A DNA stretch of 64,000 nucleotides from an uncultured delta proteobacterium (GCA_963848135.1 CAWKCK010000003.1:744001-808000), one strand, 5' to 3'; positions 49,256 to 61,598 are shown, numbered from the stretch's first letter. Made by a program: numbers and translations. Notes: generated by a model from the letters alone, not told the origin.

Positions 49256-50800
49256 TCAGGATGTTAGTAGTGACGATCCGGTCATCTCTTTGGGTTTTTC
49301 GATCGCGAGCAATTCGAGGATTGTGGGGGCGATATCGGCCAGAACACCATTTCGCAGAACGGTACCACGGCGGGAGTCGTCCACCAGAATCAAAGGGACG
49401 GGATTGAGGGTATGGGCGGTATGGACACCGCCTTTTTCATCGACCATTACCTCTGAATTTCCATGGTCTGCCGTAATCAGCGCTACCCCGCCCATGGTCC
49501 TTATCTGTTTAATAATTCGACCGATAGACCGGTCCACCGCTTCACAGGCCTTAACAGCCGCGGGCAGAACTCCGGTATGACCGACCATATCCATGTTGGC
49601 GAGGTTCATGACAATGACATCGTAGCGGCCGGATTTCAACCTTTTGAGCACTTCATCAGTGACCGGAACGACACTCATTTCGGGCTTCAGGTCATAGGTG
49701 GCGACATCGCGTGGCGAGGGGACCAGGCACCTGTCTTCAAATGAAAAGGCCTTTTCCTCCCCACCGTTAAAAAAATAGGTGACATGGGCATATTTTTCCG
49801 TCTCTGCAATCCGTAGCTGCCATAGGCGCTCCCGGCTGAATACTTCACCAAGCAGTCCCTCTAAATGAACGGGAGGGAAGGCAACAGGCAATTCAAATCT
49901 TTCGTCGTAGAGCGTCATGCATGTAAAAACGCAGAGTTTGGGGAAAACATCCCTCTGGAAGCCGTCGAAATTCGAAGCGGTAAAGGCCCGGGTAATTTCC
50001 CTTGCGCGGTCGGCCCGGAAGTTGAAAAAAATGATACTATCCTCGTCTTTTATGGGCATCAGGGGAATTCCGGTAGCATCGGTAACAACGACCGGTTCTA
50101 TAAACTCGTCGGTTTGATCTCGCTGGTAAGAATCTTTGATCGCAGCGATCGGATTGCGGCTCTTGCGACCTTCGCCTTGAACATAAAGCCGGTAGGCTCT
50201 TTCAACCCGCTCCCAGCGGTTGTCACGATCCATGGCATAATAACGCCCGCAGACGGTAGCGATTTTTACGTGGTCATCGGAATCTAAATGCCGTTGCAGC
50301 CGTTCCAGGTAGGTGGCACCGCTGGTCGGAGGGGTATCACGACCGTCAAGAATGGCATGTATGTGTACATTCTGTAGCCCGGCCTTCCGGGCCATGTCGA
50401 TTAATGCCTCGAGGTGAGTCAATTGGCTGTGAACCCCACCGTCGGAAACCAAGCCCATCAGATGCAGTGTGGACCGCCTCCGGGCGGTTTTCGATATGGC
50501 GTCCTGCAGAACGGTGTTGCTGTGAAAGGATCCATCGGTGATGGCCTGATCGATTCTCAGAAGGTCTTGATAGACGATCCGACCGGCACCGATATTCATG
50601 TGTCCCACTTCTGAGTTACCCATGATACCTGCCGGGAGTCCGACGGCCTGGCCTGAACATTTTAGCCGGGTTGAGGGATACGAATATTCGAGCTTGTCCA
50701 GGTTAGGCGTCTGGGCGATATGAACCGCGTTGCCCATATCGCCGGGGTTAATTCCCCATCCGTCCAGAATGATCAGCATTAAGGGCTTGGGTCTATTCAT
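49256..50800 (-). CDS. gpmI: 2,3-bisphosphoglycerate-independent phosphoglycerate mutase
   Basis: LIILDGWG, MGNSEVGH, SDGGVHS, GRYYAMDRD, NFRADR, AETEKYAHVT, DMVGHTG, TADHGN. Confidence 0.97.
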   Translation of the reverse strand: MNRPKPLMLIILDGWGINPGDMGNAVHIAQTPNLDKLEYSYPSTRLKCSGQAVGLPAGIMGNSEVGHMNIGAGRIVYQDLLRIDQAITDGSFHSNTVLQDAISKTARRRSTLHLMGLVSDGGVHSQLTHLEALIDMARKAGLQNVHIHAILDGRDTPPTSGATYLERLQRHLDSDDHVKIATVCGRYYAMDRDNRWERVERAYRLYVQGEGRKSRNPIAAIKDSYQRDQTDEFIEPVVVTDATGIPLMPIKDEDSIIFFNFRADRAREITRAFTASNFDGFQRDVFPKLCVFTCMTLYDERFELPVAFPPVHLEGLLGEVFSRERLWQLRIAETEKYAHVTYFFNGGEEKAFSFEDRCLVPSPRDVATYDLKPEMSVVPVTDEVLKRLKSGRYDVIVMNLANMDMVGHTGVLPAAVKACEAVDRSIGRIIKQIRTMGGVALITADHGNSEVMVDEKGGVHTAHTLNPVPLILVDDSRRGTVLRNGVLADIAPTILELLAIEKPKEMTGSSLLTS

Positions 50801-51191
50801 CGAATTCGTCCTCCACTGGGTCGAGAGGGGGTAGGTTTTTCATGCTCTCTGTTGCGACACGCTTTGCGTCAATCCACAGACCTTCCAAATCGTAGAAAGA
50901 CCGCACCGGTTCGTAAAAAACGTGAATGATGACATGGCCGTAATCGATCAGAACCCAATGCCCTTCTTGAAGACCTTCGATGCTCAGTGGTTTTAGATGG
51001 TTTTTTTTCAAGGCGTTCTGCGTGTGCTCGGCGATGGCCTGAACCTGCCGATTCGAACGACCGCTGCAAATGATAAAAGCATCGGCAACAGAGGACAGCT
51101 TGCGAACATCCAGGACGATCAATTCCCCGGCCTTTTTTCCCAGAACAGCCCGGACGTAGACATCAAGGTCATCGGTAAACTGATTGGTCAT
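50793..51191 (-). CDS. rsfS: Ribosome silencing factor RsfS
   Basis: KKA...LDV, ICSGRSNRQV, WVLIDYG.VIIHVF...R.FYDLEGLW. Confidence 0.95.
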   Translation of the reverse strand: MTNQFTDDLDVYVRAVLGKKAGELIVLDVRKLSSVADAFIICSGRSNRQVQAIAEHTQNALKKNHLKPLSIEGLQEGHWVLIDYGHVIIHVFYEPVRSFYDLEGLWIDAKRVATESMKNLPPLDPVEDEFDE

Positions 51192-51868
51192 AAATAGAGT
51201 CCTCGGACAGTGATGTAGTCTATCACTTTATCGGGAACCAAATACTTTGTGGAGTAACCCTGTCGGATCAAGGCCCGGATTTTTGAAGAAGAAATATCGA
51301 GCATGGTGACATCAAAAGCGTGTATTGGCATCAAATTCGGATGGGAGAAAACAGGGCAAGCACCCGCGGCCACGTATTCAGCGGAGATGACGCTTCTAAT
51401 ATAATCGTTCAGCGGCTGCCATTTGTCTATATTTTGCGCCTGTTGCGGGGCGGGGCGGGAGGTGATAATGAATGTAACGGTTTCCAGAAGAGCGCGGTGG
51501 GATTTCCATGTGTCGAACTCCAAAAAAGCATCCAGTCCGACGATCAGAAAGAGGCGAGTATCCCCCGGCAATTGGGCTTTGAAATGCCGAACCGTATCGA
51601 CAGTATAAGAGGGGCCTGACCGTTTCAGCTCTACATCGGAGACATTCAAGCCGGGATGACCGGATACGGCCAGCCGGATCATTTCCAAGCGAGTTCCCGC
51701 GGCAATCATGTTACCGGAAGCCTTGTGCGGGGGAGTTGCTGCCGGAACGAGGTAGCACTCGTTCAGAGGGAAGCCTTCCACTACCTCCAGTACTGTGCGA
51801 AGGTGTCCAAAGTGCACAGGATTGAAAGTTCCGCCAAACAAGCCGATATTCTTTTTCGTGTCGCTCAA
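51188..51868 (-). CDS. nadD: Nicotinate-nucleotide adenylyltransferase
   Basis: GLFGGTFNPVHFGH, PPHK, SYTVDT, GLDAF..W, ISSSKIR. Confidence 0.96.
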   Translation of the reverse strand: MSDTKKNIGLFGGTFNPVHFGHLRTVLEVVEGFPLNECYLVPAATPPHKASGNMIAAGTRLEMIRLAVSGHPGLNVSDVELKRSGPSYTVDTVRHFKAQLPGDTRLFLIVGLDAFLEFDTWKSHRALLETVTFIITSRPAPQQAQNIDKWQPLNDYIRSVISAEYVAAGACPVFSHPNLMPIHAFDVTMLDISSSKIRALIRQGYSTKYLVPDKVIDYITVRGLYL

Positions 51869-51910
51869 AGCTCCCTGTGGATCTGAGTGGTTTTTAGAAC
51901 GGAAACGACG

Positions 51911-54298
<2,388 letters not shown>

Positions 54299-54478
54299 GA
54301 GTTATCTCCTAATATACTTGCTGCGCTTTTACTCGCCGACAGGCTGGCGGTTTCATTTATTTTGAAATGGCTTCAATCACTCAATTCTGATGGCAAGTGC
54401 TCTCGACGAGCCATTCGAGAGCCGGTAGAATTTAGAACCCTCGTGCCGTCCGGCAGAAAGAGCACGTGAAAAACGCGC

Positions 54479-54790
54479 TTACATGTTGATACTGTCTATT
54501 TTCACCGCCGTGTACTGCTGCCGGTGTCCTTGCTTGCGGCGGTATCTTTTGCGTCTTTTGTATTTGAACACGAGAATTTTTTTGGCTTTGCCCTGTTCGA
54601 CGATGTGCCCCGTAACGGCAACATTCTCCAGTTCGGGCTGTCCGATGGTGACAGCGTCACCATCGGCGTACATAAGGACCTTATCGAACGAAACGGACGC
54701 GCCGACGTCACCCGAGATTTTTTCGACTCTCAGTATCTGGCCTTCCCGGACTTTATACTGTTTTCCGCCCGTCGCAACTACAGCATACAT
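54479..54790 (-). CDS. rplU: 50S ribosomal protein L21
   Basis: MYAVVATGGKQYKV...KYKRRK.YRRKQGHRQ; AAGGAGG RBS. Confidence 0.98.
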   Translation of the reverse strand: MYAVVATGGKQYKVREGQILRVEKISGDVGASVSFDKVLMYADGDAVTIGQPELENVAVTGHIVEQGKAKKILVFKYKRRKRYRRKQGHRQQYTAVKIDSINM

Positions 54791-54844
54791 ATATCCTGCC
54801 TCCTTAGTATCTGACCAAGATCACACGTAATTTAAAAAAGAATT

Positions 54845-54873
54845 AATATGGATGGTTGCATTGCTTTTGTCAA
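54845..54873 (-). promoter_or_regulatory. sigma70 promoter of the rplU operon
   Basis: TTGACA-N17-CATATT on the minus strand. Confidence 0.6.
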
Positions 54874-55023
54874 GCAAAATATAAGCAATACCATTTGAGC
54901 GTTTGCGGAAATAGGATTGGACATCCGGTTGATTATCCGTATATTATGGGGCGTCGGGTAGGCGGCAGTATAACATACCAAAATTTAAACACATTCATTC
55001 GAAATAACCGAAAGGTCAATCTT

Positions 55024-55491
55024 ATGAAAATTGTCTCAATCGCCGTGAGCCGAAAAAAAGGCACGCGCAAACAATGCGTCGATTCCGCTGAATTGGCCGT
55101 CGAACACGGCCTGAAAGGCGACGCGCATTCAGGGCCCTGGCATCGACAGGTCAGTTTCCTTGCGGCAGAGAGTATCGATCAAGCGCGCGACAGCGGACTT
55201 GATGTCGAATTCGGCTCTTTCGCCGAAAACATTGCAACCGTAGGAATCGACTGGGTGGCGGTTCCGGTGGGGACACGGTTCAAACTGGGTAATACGGCCC
55301 TGGTGGAAATAACCCAGATCGGCAAAGAGTGCAAAAACAAATGTGCCATTTATTACCAGGCCGGTGACTGCATCATGCCACGCGAGGGTGTCTTTGCCCG
55401 TGTCATCAATGGCGGTGTTATTCGCGCCGGCGACGCAATTGAACGCTTGGACCCATCGTCAGATACAAAAAAAGGTCTGGATGTACCGTAG
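55024..55491 (+). CDS. MOSC domain protein
   Basis: GLKGDAH...HRQVS, FGSFAENI, TQIGKEC..C, CIMPREGVF, G.IRAGD. Likely start at ATG 55024. Confidence 0.9.
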   Translation: MKIVSIAVSRKKGTRKQCVDSAELAVEHGLKGDAHSGPWHRQVSFLAAESIDQARDSGLDVEFGSFAENIATVGIDWVAVPVGTRFKLGNTALVEITQIGKECKNKCAIYYQAGDCIMPREGVFARVINGGVIRAGDAIERLDPSSDTKKGLDVP

Positions 55492-55611
55492 ACCAAATCG
55501 TCCCGAAGGTGCTGACCGTCCATTGTCCAAATATATCTTTACCGGAAGGGACAGGCCGATAAATTATCGGGAATATACGCGGCACCTCAGGCCTCTTTCG
55601 GCAGCCGCTCG

Positions 55612-57171
55612 TTATACGCTCATCAGTGGTCGAACCGAAGGGAAGCGGGTGCGGTCCGTATGGGGCAGGAACTTGGCGGCGGAAAATCGATTCATGAAAT
55701 CCTGATTGACGTTGAGTTCGAGGTAGGTAATCCGCGTTCGAATCTGATCGATCTGATCCATTAGGCGATCCGATGACAGCAGAAAAGTGGCGCCCTCCAG
55801 GGAGCTGTTTCCGAGTGTCCTGTATGTCTCGAGGGGCAGGTCCGGTAGCATACCGATAGTGATGGCGGAAGATGGTTGAATAAAGGTACCGAAGGTTCCG
55901 GCCACAAGAAAATTTTCAATGTCCTCCAGCCGGATGCCAACCGTTGCCGTGATTGTTTCCAGAATCGTGTACATGGCTGCTTTGGAGCGGATGAGGCTGT
56001 CAAGGTCGACCTGGCTGATCGTCAGGTGTTGACCGGTGGCGGACGCGTCAGTGGCAACGATAACCAAGTTCGGAACGCCACCGATATCAACCAATCGATT
56101 GCCGCATACCTGCGGGTGGAATCGCCCGCGGATATCTATCTTGCCGGAGAGAAAGAGCGCGGCGGCAAGGTCGATCATCCCCGATCCGCAGATACCGTGC
56201 GGCGGCTGATTCCCTATGGTATGCAGATCGAAGTCGCCCGTGTCACGATTGTATCTTACCCGGTCAATAACGCCCGGGCCGGCCATCATTCCCATTTGGG
56301 TCACGCCGCCTTCAAGCGCCGGACCAGCGGCACCGGCGCAGGCGATCAACCACTCTTTGTTTCCCAGAACGACCTCGGCATTGGTGCCCACATCCACCAG
56401 TAATGCGGTTTGATCCGATTGATGAACCCCCGAATAGAGAAGCCCGGAAATCAGGTCCCCGCCGAAATAACTGCCGATGTTTGGAAAAATGAATACCCTG
56501 GCATTGGGGCTTGCCCGAAGGCCCAACGCGGCACTGGGAATCAGTCCGGGCCGGTTAACTACAGGAATGTAAGGCTCCCGTATCATCCAGGATGGGGCCA
56601 GTCCAAGCAGCAGGTGGGTCATGGCGGGATTGCCTGCTACGGCGATGAGGTATACGTCCGCTGGATCCCTTGAGCATGACCGGCAGAGTGGTGCCAGATG
56701 CTGATTGATGCCATCGCAGATCAATTGCTGCAGGTGGCCCAGTCCGTTTTGATTATCGGCATAATGAATGCGTGCGAGAATATCGGGTCCGATTTCGATC
56801 TGGGGATTGTCGAAGGTGGTTTCGGCCAACACGCTGTGGTCCACCAGATCCACCAACCGTAGTACCACCCGGCTGGTGCCGAGATCAACTGCCAAACCTG
56901 CCGGGTGGCGTTCGTCGTCAGCCGATTGCAGGCCTGTCAGCACCCATTGGGCCCGGTCCTTGAAAAGGATACATCGCACCCGGTAGCGCCATTGCCTCAA
57001 TAAAAATGGAAGCTGTCGCAGCAAGTCCAAGTCGATGGACAGATCGAGCTGGGGGATTTCCAAACGATTTTTCAGGGCCTCGATCATTCGATCGACATCG
57101 GCGGTGTTGTTCTTCAGGTCCGGCGGATGTATTGCCAGGGTCTTGACCCAGCCTTCTTCCTTTTGGTGCAT
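55612..57171 (-). CDS. RACo/AcsV-like ASKHA ATPase (reductive activator of corrinoid proteins family), lacking the N-terminal [2Fe-2S] domain
   Basis: AVDLGTS, NPQ..G.DILARI, AGNPAM, SYFGGD, VDVGTNAE, AGPALEG, GICGSG, AGTFG, GNSSLEGA, FLPHTD. Confidence 0.88.
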   Translation of the reverse strand: MHQKEEGWVKTLAIHPPDLKNNTADVDRMIEALKNRLEIPQLDLSIDLDLLRQLPFLLRQWRYRVRCILFKDRAQWVLTGLQSADDERHPAGLAVDLGTSRVVLRLVDLVDHSVLAETTFDNPQIEIGPDILARIHYADNQNGLGHLQQLICDGINQHLAPLCRSCSRDPADVYLIAVAGNPAMTHLLLGLAPSWMIREPYIPVVNRPGLIPSAALGLRASPNARVFIFPNIGSYFGGDLISGLLYSGVHQSDQTALLVDVGTNAEVVLGNKEWLIACAGAAGPALEGGVTQMGMMAGPGVIDRVRYNRDTGDFDLHTIGNQPPHGICGSGMIDLAAALFLSGKIDIRGRFHPQVCGNRLVDIGGVPNLVIVATDASATGQHLTISQVDLDSLIRSKAAMYTILETITATVGIRLEDIENFLVAGTFGTFIQPSSAITIGMLPDLPLETYRTLGNSSLEGATFLLSSDRLMDQIDQIRTRITYLELNVNQDFMNRFSAAKFLPHTDRTRFPSVRPLMSV

Positions 57172-57280
57172 AGTCGTTGATTTCTGTAACTTTCGCTAAC
57201 ATATAGCCGGGCTCAGGGTGATGGGGCAGTTTCGCCCGGCCCTTGTCGCTGACGGGTACACCGCGTCCGTATCCGCAGGA

Positions 57281-58027
57281 TCATCTCAGTTTTTCCAATT
57301 TTTCCATGATACGATTTGTTACCTCGCCGGCTGCGCCTTTTATCAAATAGTCACTGACACTGTTCGTTAACGGGGTGGGTTCGGGATTGATTTCAATTAC
57401 CCGGGCACCTGATTGCTTGGCGATGATCGGGATGTTTGCCGCTGGTTGTACGTATGCCGATGTCCCGATAACCAGCATAACATCGCACTGTTCCGCAGCG
57501 ACCTGCGAACGGAAGAGGTGTTGGGGCGGGATCGGTTCTCCGAAAAATACGCATTCAGGTCTTAGAATACCACCGCATTTGCAGTTCGGGGGCAATCGGT
57601 GCAAATCCACGCTTCGTGTCGTGACTCTTCGGTTGCACTCCATGCATCTCTGCCAGGCAAAATTGCCGTGAAATTCAATGACATCCGTGTTGCCCGCGTC
57701 ATGGTGAAGACCGTCGATATTCTGGGTGATAACGGTCTTGAGGATTCCCAAGGATTCCAATCGCGCCAAGCCCCTATGCGCATCGTTTGGCCTGGCCTGG
57801 TCGACCACGTCTTTCATTCCTTTGATAAGTACACGCCAGACCTTCTCCGGGTTCTGCAGGAAGGCATCGATGTGGGCATACTCCATCGGATCGATTTTAT
57901 CCCAGAGACCGCCCTTGCCCCTGAACGGGGGGATGCCGCTTTCAACGGAAATGCCGGCACCGGTCAGTGCGACGACATTTTTTGCACGAGCGAGGTCTCC
58001 CGCCGCCTTGTCGATCAAATCATTCAT
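57281..58027 (-). CDS. cobB: NAD-dependent protein deacylase (sirtuin, CobB-like); alternative start at 58069
   Basis: TGAGISVESGIPPFRG, ITQNIDGLH, EFHGN, CMEC...CKC, IGTS..V.PA, IN.EPT. Confidence 0.93.
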   Translation of the reverse strand: MNDLIDKAAGDLARAKNVVALTGAGISVESGIPPFRGKGGLWDKIDPMEYAHIDAFLQNPEKVWRVLIKGMKDVVDQARPNDAHRGLARLESLGILKTVITQNIDGLHHDAGNTDVIEFHGNFAWQRCMECNRRVTTRSVDLHRLPPNCKCGGILRPECVFFGEPIPPQHLFRSQVAAEQCDVMLVIGTSAYVQPAANIPIIAKQSGARVIEINPEPTPLTNSVSDYLIKGAAGEVTNRIMEKLEKLR

Positions 58028-58065
58028 ATCGCCTGACGTCTTTATTCCACTCTGAAGAGCGGGGA

Positions 58066-58905
58066 TCATAGTTCGAATTTCATGTTGCTTTGAACGCCGA
58101 AACACTTGAGCCGGCGTCCTTTTGCGGCGATCGTCTTGCGGCAATCTTTCACTATCCGATCCATCCCCCGGTCGGTGCGGTCCTGGTTAAGGTGGAACAA
58201 ACCGAGCTGCTTGACATCCGCCTCGAAAGCCAGGCGCAAGACATCGGTGTACACGGAATGACCCCAGTCCAAGAATGTGGCGTACTCCCGGGGTGTGTAT
58301 TCTGCATCGTGGAAGAGCAGATCGGCTTCGGATGAAAATTCCATGTAGTCGTGATAGGGACGACCGCCACGGTGAACATGACCGAGTTCATTGTCGGTGA
58401 GAAATACGAATGTCTTCCCGTCTTCTATAAACTTATATCCACTGCCGTTGTTGGGGTGACTGAGCGGGATCGGGACAACCTGGACCGAACCGATCTCAAA
58501 ATCCGTAGGGCACGCATCTTCATAGCGCATCTTGGCTTTTATATCCGAGTATTTGACCGGAAAATTCGGAGGAGCCATGACCTTGGATAGAATCGATTCC
58601 ACAAATTTACTGTGAAAAGGGCAGCGGTGCATCCAAAATTCGGAGTATTTGGAATAGAGCGGTTTGAAATACGGAAAGCCCATGACATGATCCCAATGGG
58701 CGTGGGTGAAGATAAAGTGAAATTTACGGCGGTTTTCCTGGACCAGTAGATTCCCGAGACGCCGGACGCCGGTTCCTGCATCGACGATGATGATGTCGTC
58801 ACTTTTGGTGCGGATTTCGATGCAAGTGGTATCTCCGCCGTATTTGAGGTATGTTCTTCCGGAGACAGGAATCGACCCTCTGGAGCCCCAGCACTTAATT
58901 ATCAT
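58066..58905 (-). CDS. MBL-fold metallohydrolase (phosphodiesterase-like)
   Basis: GSRGSIP, YGGDTTC, DAGTG, THAHWDH, TDNE, WGHS, LFH. Confidence 0.9.
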   Translation of the reverse strand: MIIKCWGSRGSIPVSGRTYLKYGGDTTCIEIRTKSDDIIIVDAGTGVRRLGNLLVQENRRKFHFIFTHAHWDHVMGFPYFKPLYSKYSEFWMHRCPFHSKFVESILSKVMAPPNFPVKYSDIKAKMRYEDACPTDFEIGSVQVVPIPLSHPNNGSGYKFIEDGKTFVFLTDNELGHVHRGGRPYHDYMEFSSEADLLFHDAEYTPREYATFLDWGHSVYTDVLRLAFEADVKQLGLFHLNQDRTDRGMDRIVKDCRKTIAAKGRRLKCFGVQSNMKFEL

Positions 58906-58987
58906 CGGCTAACCTATTTCCTCAATCGTAAATTCAGAGTCTCACGGGTGCCGCCATTCGAAGTGGCGGCATGCAAATCCGTGATGG

Positions 58988-59854
58988 TCAAGGAGTTGCT
59001 CCCGGGTTTGTCCCCAATAACGTGTGCCATATACCGTCACCTTCCCAGCGTTTCAGGACATCGGCTCCCGATTCAGCCAAAAAGTCGGACACCGCATGGG
59101 CCTGGCTTCGCATCAAACCGGACAGCACGAACCATTTTTTCTGTCGAAAACCGGCGGTTTTCAATATCAGGCGCATGACATCGTAATGTATGTTGGCAAT
59201 AAGCACGTCTGCCGGGTGATCGATAAATGATTCCGCTCTGCCTTGAACGGCCAAAATACGGTCCTCTACCCGGTTCAGGCGAACATTCCTGGTTGCCGTT
59301 CGGGCGGCAAGAAAATTGATATCAACAGCCAGGGTCTTGCGACTACCCAGCGCTGCAGCAGCAAGTGCCAGCACACCCGTGCCTGTGCCGAGGTCAAGAG
59401 CCGTGCGGGGGACCGAATCGGTTGCATACACCCGTTCCAGGGCCTGAAGGCAATCACGGGTTGTAACATGTGTGCCTGTACCGAAAACAACGCCGGGGTC
59501 GAGCACGAGCCGTAAAATCTCTTCGGTCGACCCATCATTTTCCAGACCCTTTTCCCACGGCGGCGCGATGATGAAGCGGCCGGCGGAAAATGCGCTCGGA
59601 TGTTCTCCAAGCCATTCGGCGTAGGTCATGTGGTATGCATCGATTAGCGTAAGTTGGGGCTGAACATTCAGGATCGCATCTATCCGCCCAGCACTGCGGC
59701 GGGCGTAAAAAAGGAACGAATACCCGTCCTCTTCCCAGTTGCCGATGAAACCTGGCGCTTCCAGGTTCATATCCGGATTCACGCGACCTTTCAGATAATA
59801 GATATATAAGTCTTCGAGTGGTCCTTCGACGACCGCTTCTCTGTGGTTATTCAT
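58988..59854 (-). CDS. prmA: Ribosomal protein L11 methyltransferase-like (PrmA family)
   Basis: PPW, LDPGVVFGTGTHVTT, LDLGTGTGVLA, ANI, LSGL; start overlaps the end of the CBS gene. Confidence 0.8.
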   Translation of the reverse strand: MNNHREAVVEGPLEDLYIYYLKGRVNPDMNLEAPGFIGNWEEDGYSFLFYARRSAGRIDAILNVQPQLTLIDAYHMTYAEWLGEHPSAFSAGRFIIAPPWEKGLENDGSTEEILRLVLDPGVVFGTGTHVTTRDCLQALERVYATDSVPRTALDLGTGTGVLALAAAALGSRKTLAVDINFLAARTATRNVRLNRVEDRILAVQGRAESFIDHPADVLIANIHYDVMRLILKTAGFRQKKWFVLSGLMRSQAHAVSDFLAESGADVLKRWEGDGIWHTLLGTNPGATP

Positions 59855-60530
59855 CCTCGAATTTCGGCAGTTGATCCAGATACCATTCCATGGGGTCCAG
59901 CAATGTAAAGCCCATGTCTTTTAGTTTGTATTTGATGCGGGCCACGTTCTGGGTCATCAAGTATGGAAAGACGGCGCGTTTGTCTTCTTCAAAATAACGT
60001 GCCACCAGAATGCTGCCGAAGGAAATGCCCTCTTCTGTGATGGCGTCGACGATTTTTTTCAACTGTCCGACCTTTTCTTCCACCAGGATACACAGCAGGG
60101 TGCCCGGATCGCCGATACCGAGCACGTTGATGAATGCCCGCAGAAGATCCCGGACAGAAATGATGCCCTTGAGGTGGCCCTGGCCGTCCACGACCGGGAG
60201 GGCACCCACCTTGAGCTCCTGGATCAGCAGTAATGCATCCTGGATGGTGTTGTGCAGGTCAATGGTTTTGGGGTCGGCCGTCATAATATCTCTGACCTTG
60301 AGATCCCTGATCTTTTCCACTTCGGCACTATCGGTCGGATCTTTCATTAGGCTGTAGGGTAAGACACTGCGGATATCGCGGTCCGTTAAGATACCGATCA
60401 ATCGTCCATTCGGGTCGACCACCGGCAGGTGTCGAATGCGGTTTTGGGCCATTTTTTCCTGGGCGTCATAAACACCGGCCTCCGGTACTATTGTGATTAA
60501 TTTGCGGGTCATCGTTCGGCTGACAAACAT
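59847..60530 (-). CDS. CBS-pair + ACT domain protein (AcuB-like)
   Basis: IRHLPVVD...GILTDRDIR, V..IMT, VGALPVVD...GIISVRD, ACT-like EEKVGQL; GGAGGA RBS before ATG 60530. Confidence 0.9.
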   Translation of the reverse strand: MFVSRTMTRKLITIVPEAGVYDAQEKMAQNRIRHLPVVDPNGRLIGILTDRDIRSVLPYSLMKDPTDSAEVEKIRDLKVRDIMTADPKTIDLHNTIQDALLLIQELKVGALPVVDGQGHLKGIISVRDLLRAFINVLGIGDPGTLLCILVEEKVGQLKKIVDAITEEGISFGSILVARYFEEDKRAVFPYLMTQNVARIKYKLKDMGFTLLDPMEWYLDQLPKFEDE

Positions 60531-60621
60531 TATGTTCCTCCAATGTGTGGTCGTGAATCGTGGTGCGGATGTCCTTTCGGATGTCGCTTGGATCTTTATA
60601 ACGGCTTGCTCGCGCCGGGCC

Positions 60622-61572
60622 CTATCCGTCCAGCAGCATTGCCACATGGTTCCGGCCGAGTTCCGGCAGACGCTGGAGGCAGTAGCCGCCCTCGAGCACG
60701 GAAACGAGGTGTCCGTGGCAAAGCTGGTCGGCCATGGACATAATTTTTTTCATCACCCACGAATACCACTCGGTTGTCAAATTGATGCCGGACATGTCGT
60801 CGTCCTGATGGCCGTCGAATCCGGTCGAAACAAGCACAAATTGAGGTTTGAACCGGTCAAAGTCCTTGAGCAGGTGATCATCGATCAATACCATGTATTC
60901 CTTGTCGCCCTGGCCGGGCAGGACCGGATTGTTTTTGGTATATCCATACCCGGACCCGGTTCCATACTCGAATTCTCTGCCTGTCCCCGGGTAGGCGAAG
61001 GTCGGATGCTCATGGATGGAGTAGTAAAATACGGTTGGATCCTGTTCGAAGATGTGCTGGGTTCCGTTTCCATGGTGGACATCGAAATCAATGATTCCAA
61101 CCCTTTCGATCTGCCAATTCTGCTGCAGATAACGTGCGGCGATAGCCACGTTGTTAAAATAGCAAAAGCCCATGGCCTGGTCGTGTTCGGCATGGTGACC
61201 TGGTGGGCGGATCGCGCAGAATGCATTGTCGATTTCGCCCGACATCACCATGTCGATGGTTTTAAGGATTCCCCCCACGGCCAGATAGGCCGTGTCATAG
61301 GTTTCGGTGCACATCTGGTTGTCCGGATGTTCGAAGTTTTTCCTACCCGCGTAGCAGCTATCACAGAACCGGTCGATGTAGGCACTGTCATGGACCGCTT
61401 CGATCCATTTGCGCTCTGCGGGTACAGCCTTTATGCGGTGCAGTTTGGGGAGAAGCCCTCCCTCTTCAATACCTTTGTATATGGCTGAAAGTCGCTCCGG
61501 GACCTCAGGGTGATAGGGGCCGGTCTCGTGGAGCAGATATCTTTCATCAAATAAAAAGCCAGTTTTTCTCAT
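60622..61572 (-). CDS. Zn-dependent histone deacetylase-family protein (AcuC/HdaH-like)
   Basis: HPEVPERL, RPPGHHA, GFCYFNN, DFDVHHGNGTQ, YPGTG, GFD.H..D, LEGGY. Confidence 0.95.
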   Translation of the reverse strand: MRKTGFLFDERYLLHETGPYHPEVPERLSAIYKGIEEGGLLPKLHRIKAVPAERKWIEAVHDSAYIDRFCDSCYAGRKNFEHPDNQMCTETYDTAYLAVGGILKTIDMVMSGEIDNAFCAIRPPGHHAEHDQAMGFCYFNNVAIAARYLQQNWQIERVGIIDFDVHHGNGTQHIFEQDPTVFYYSIHEHPTFAYPGTGREFEYGTGSGYGYTKNNPVLPGQGDKEYMVLIDDHLLKDFDRFKPQFVLVSTGFDGHQDDDMSGINLTTEWYSWVMKKIMSMADQLCHGHLVSVLEGGYCLQRLPELGRNHVAMLLDG

Positions 61573-61598
61573 ATCGTGATCCGTAGTCTGAAAGTGTG

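Noticed and set aside
60493..61488. 331-aa plus-strand ORF
   Set aside because: It is an antisense shadow of the HDAC gene with no motifs. The same applies to 1096-1902, 35218-35850, 63119-63802 and the other short overlapping ORFs.
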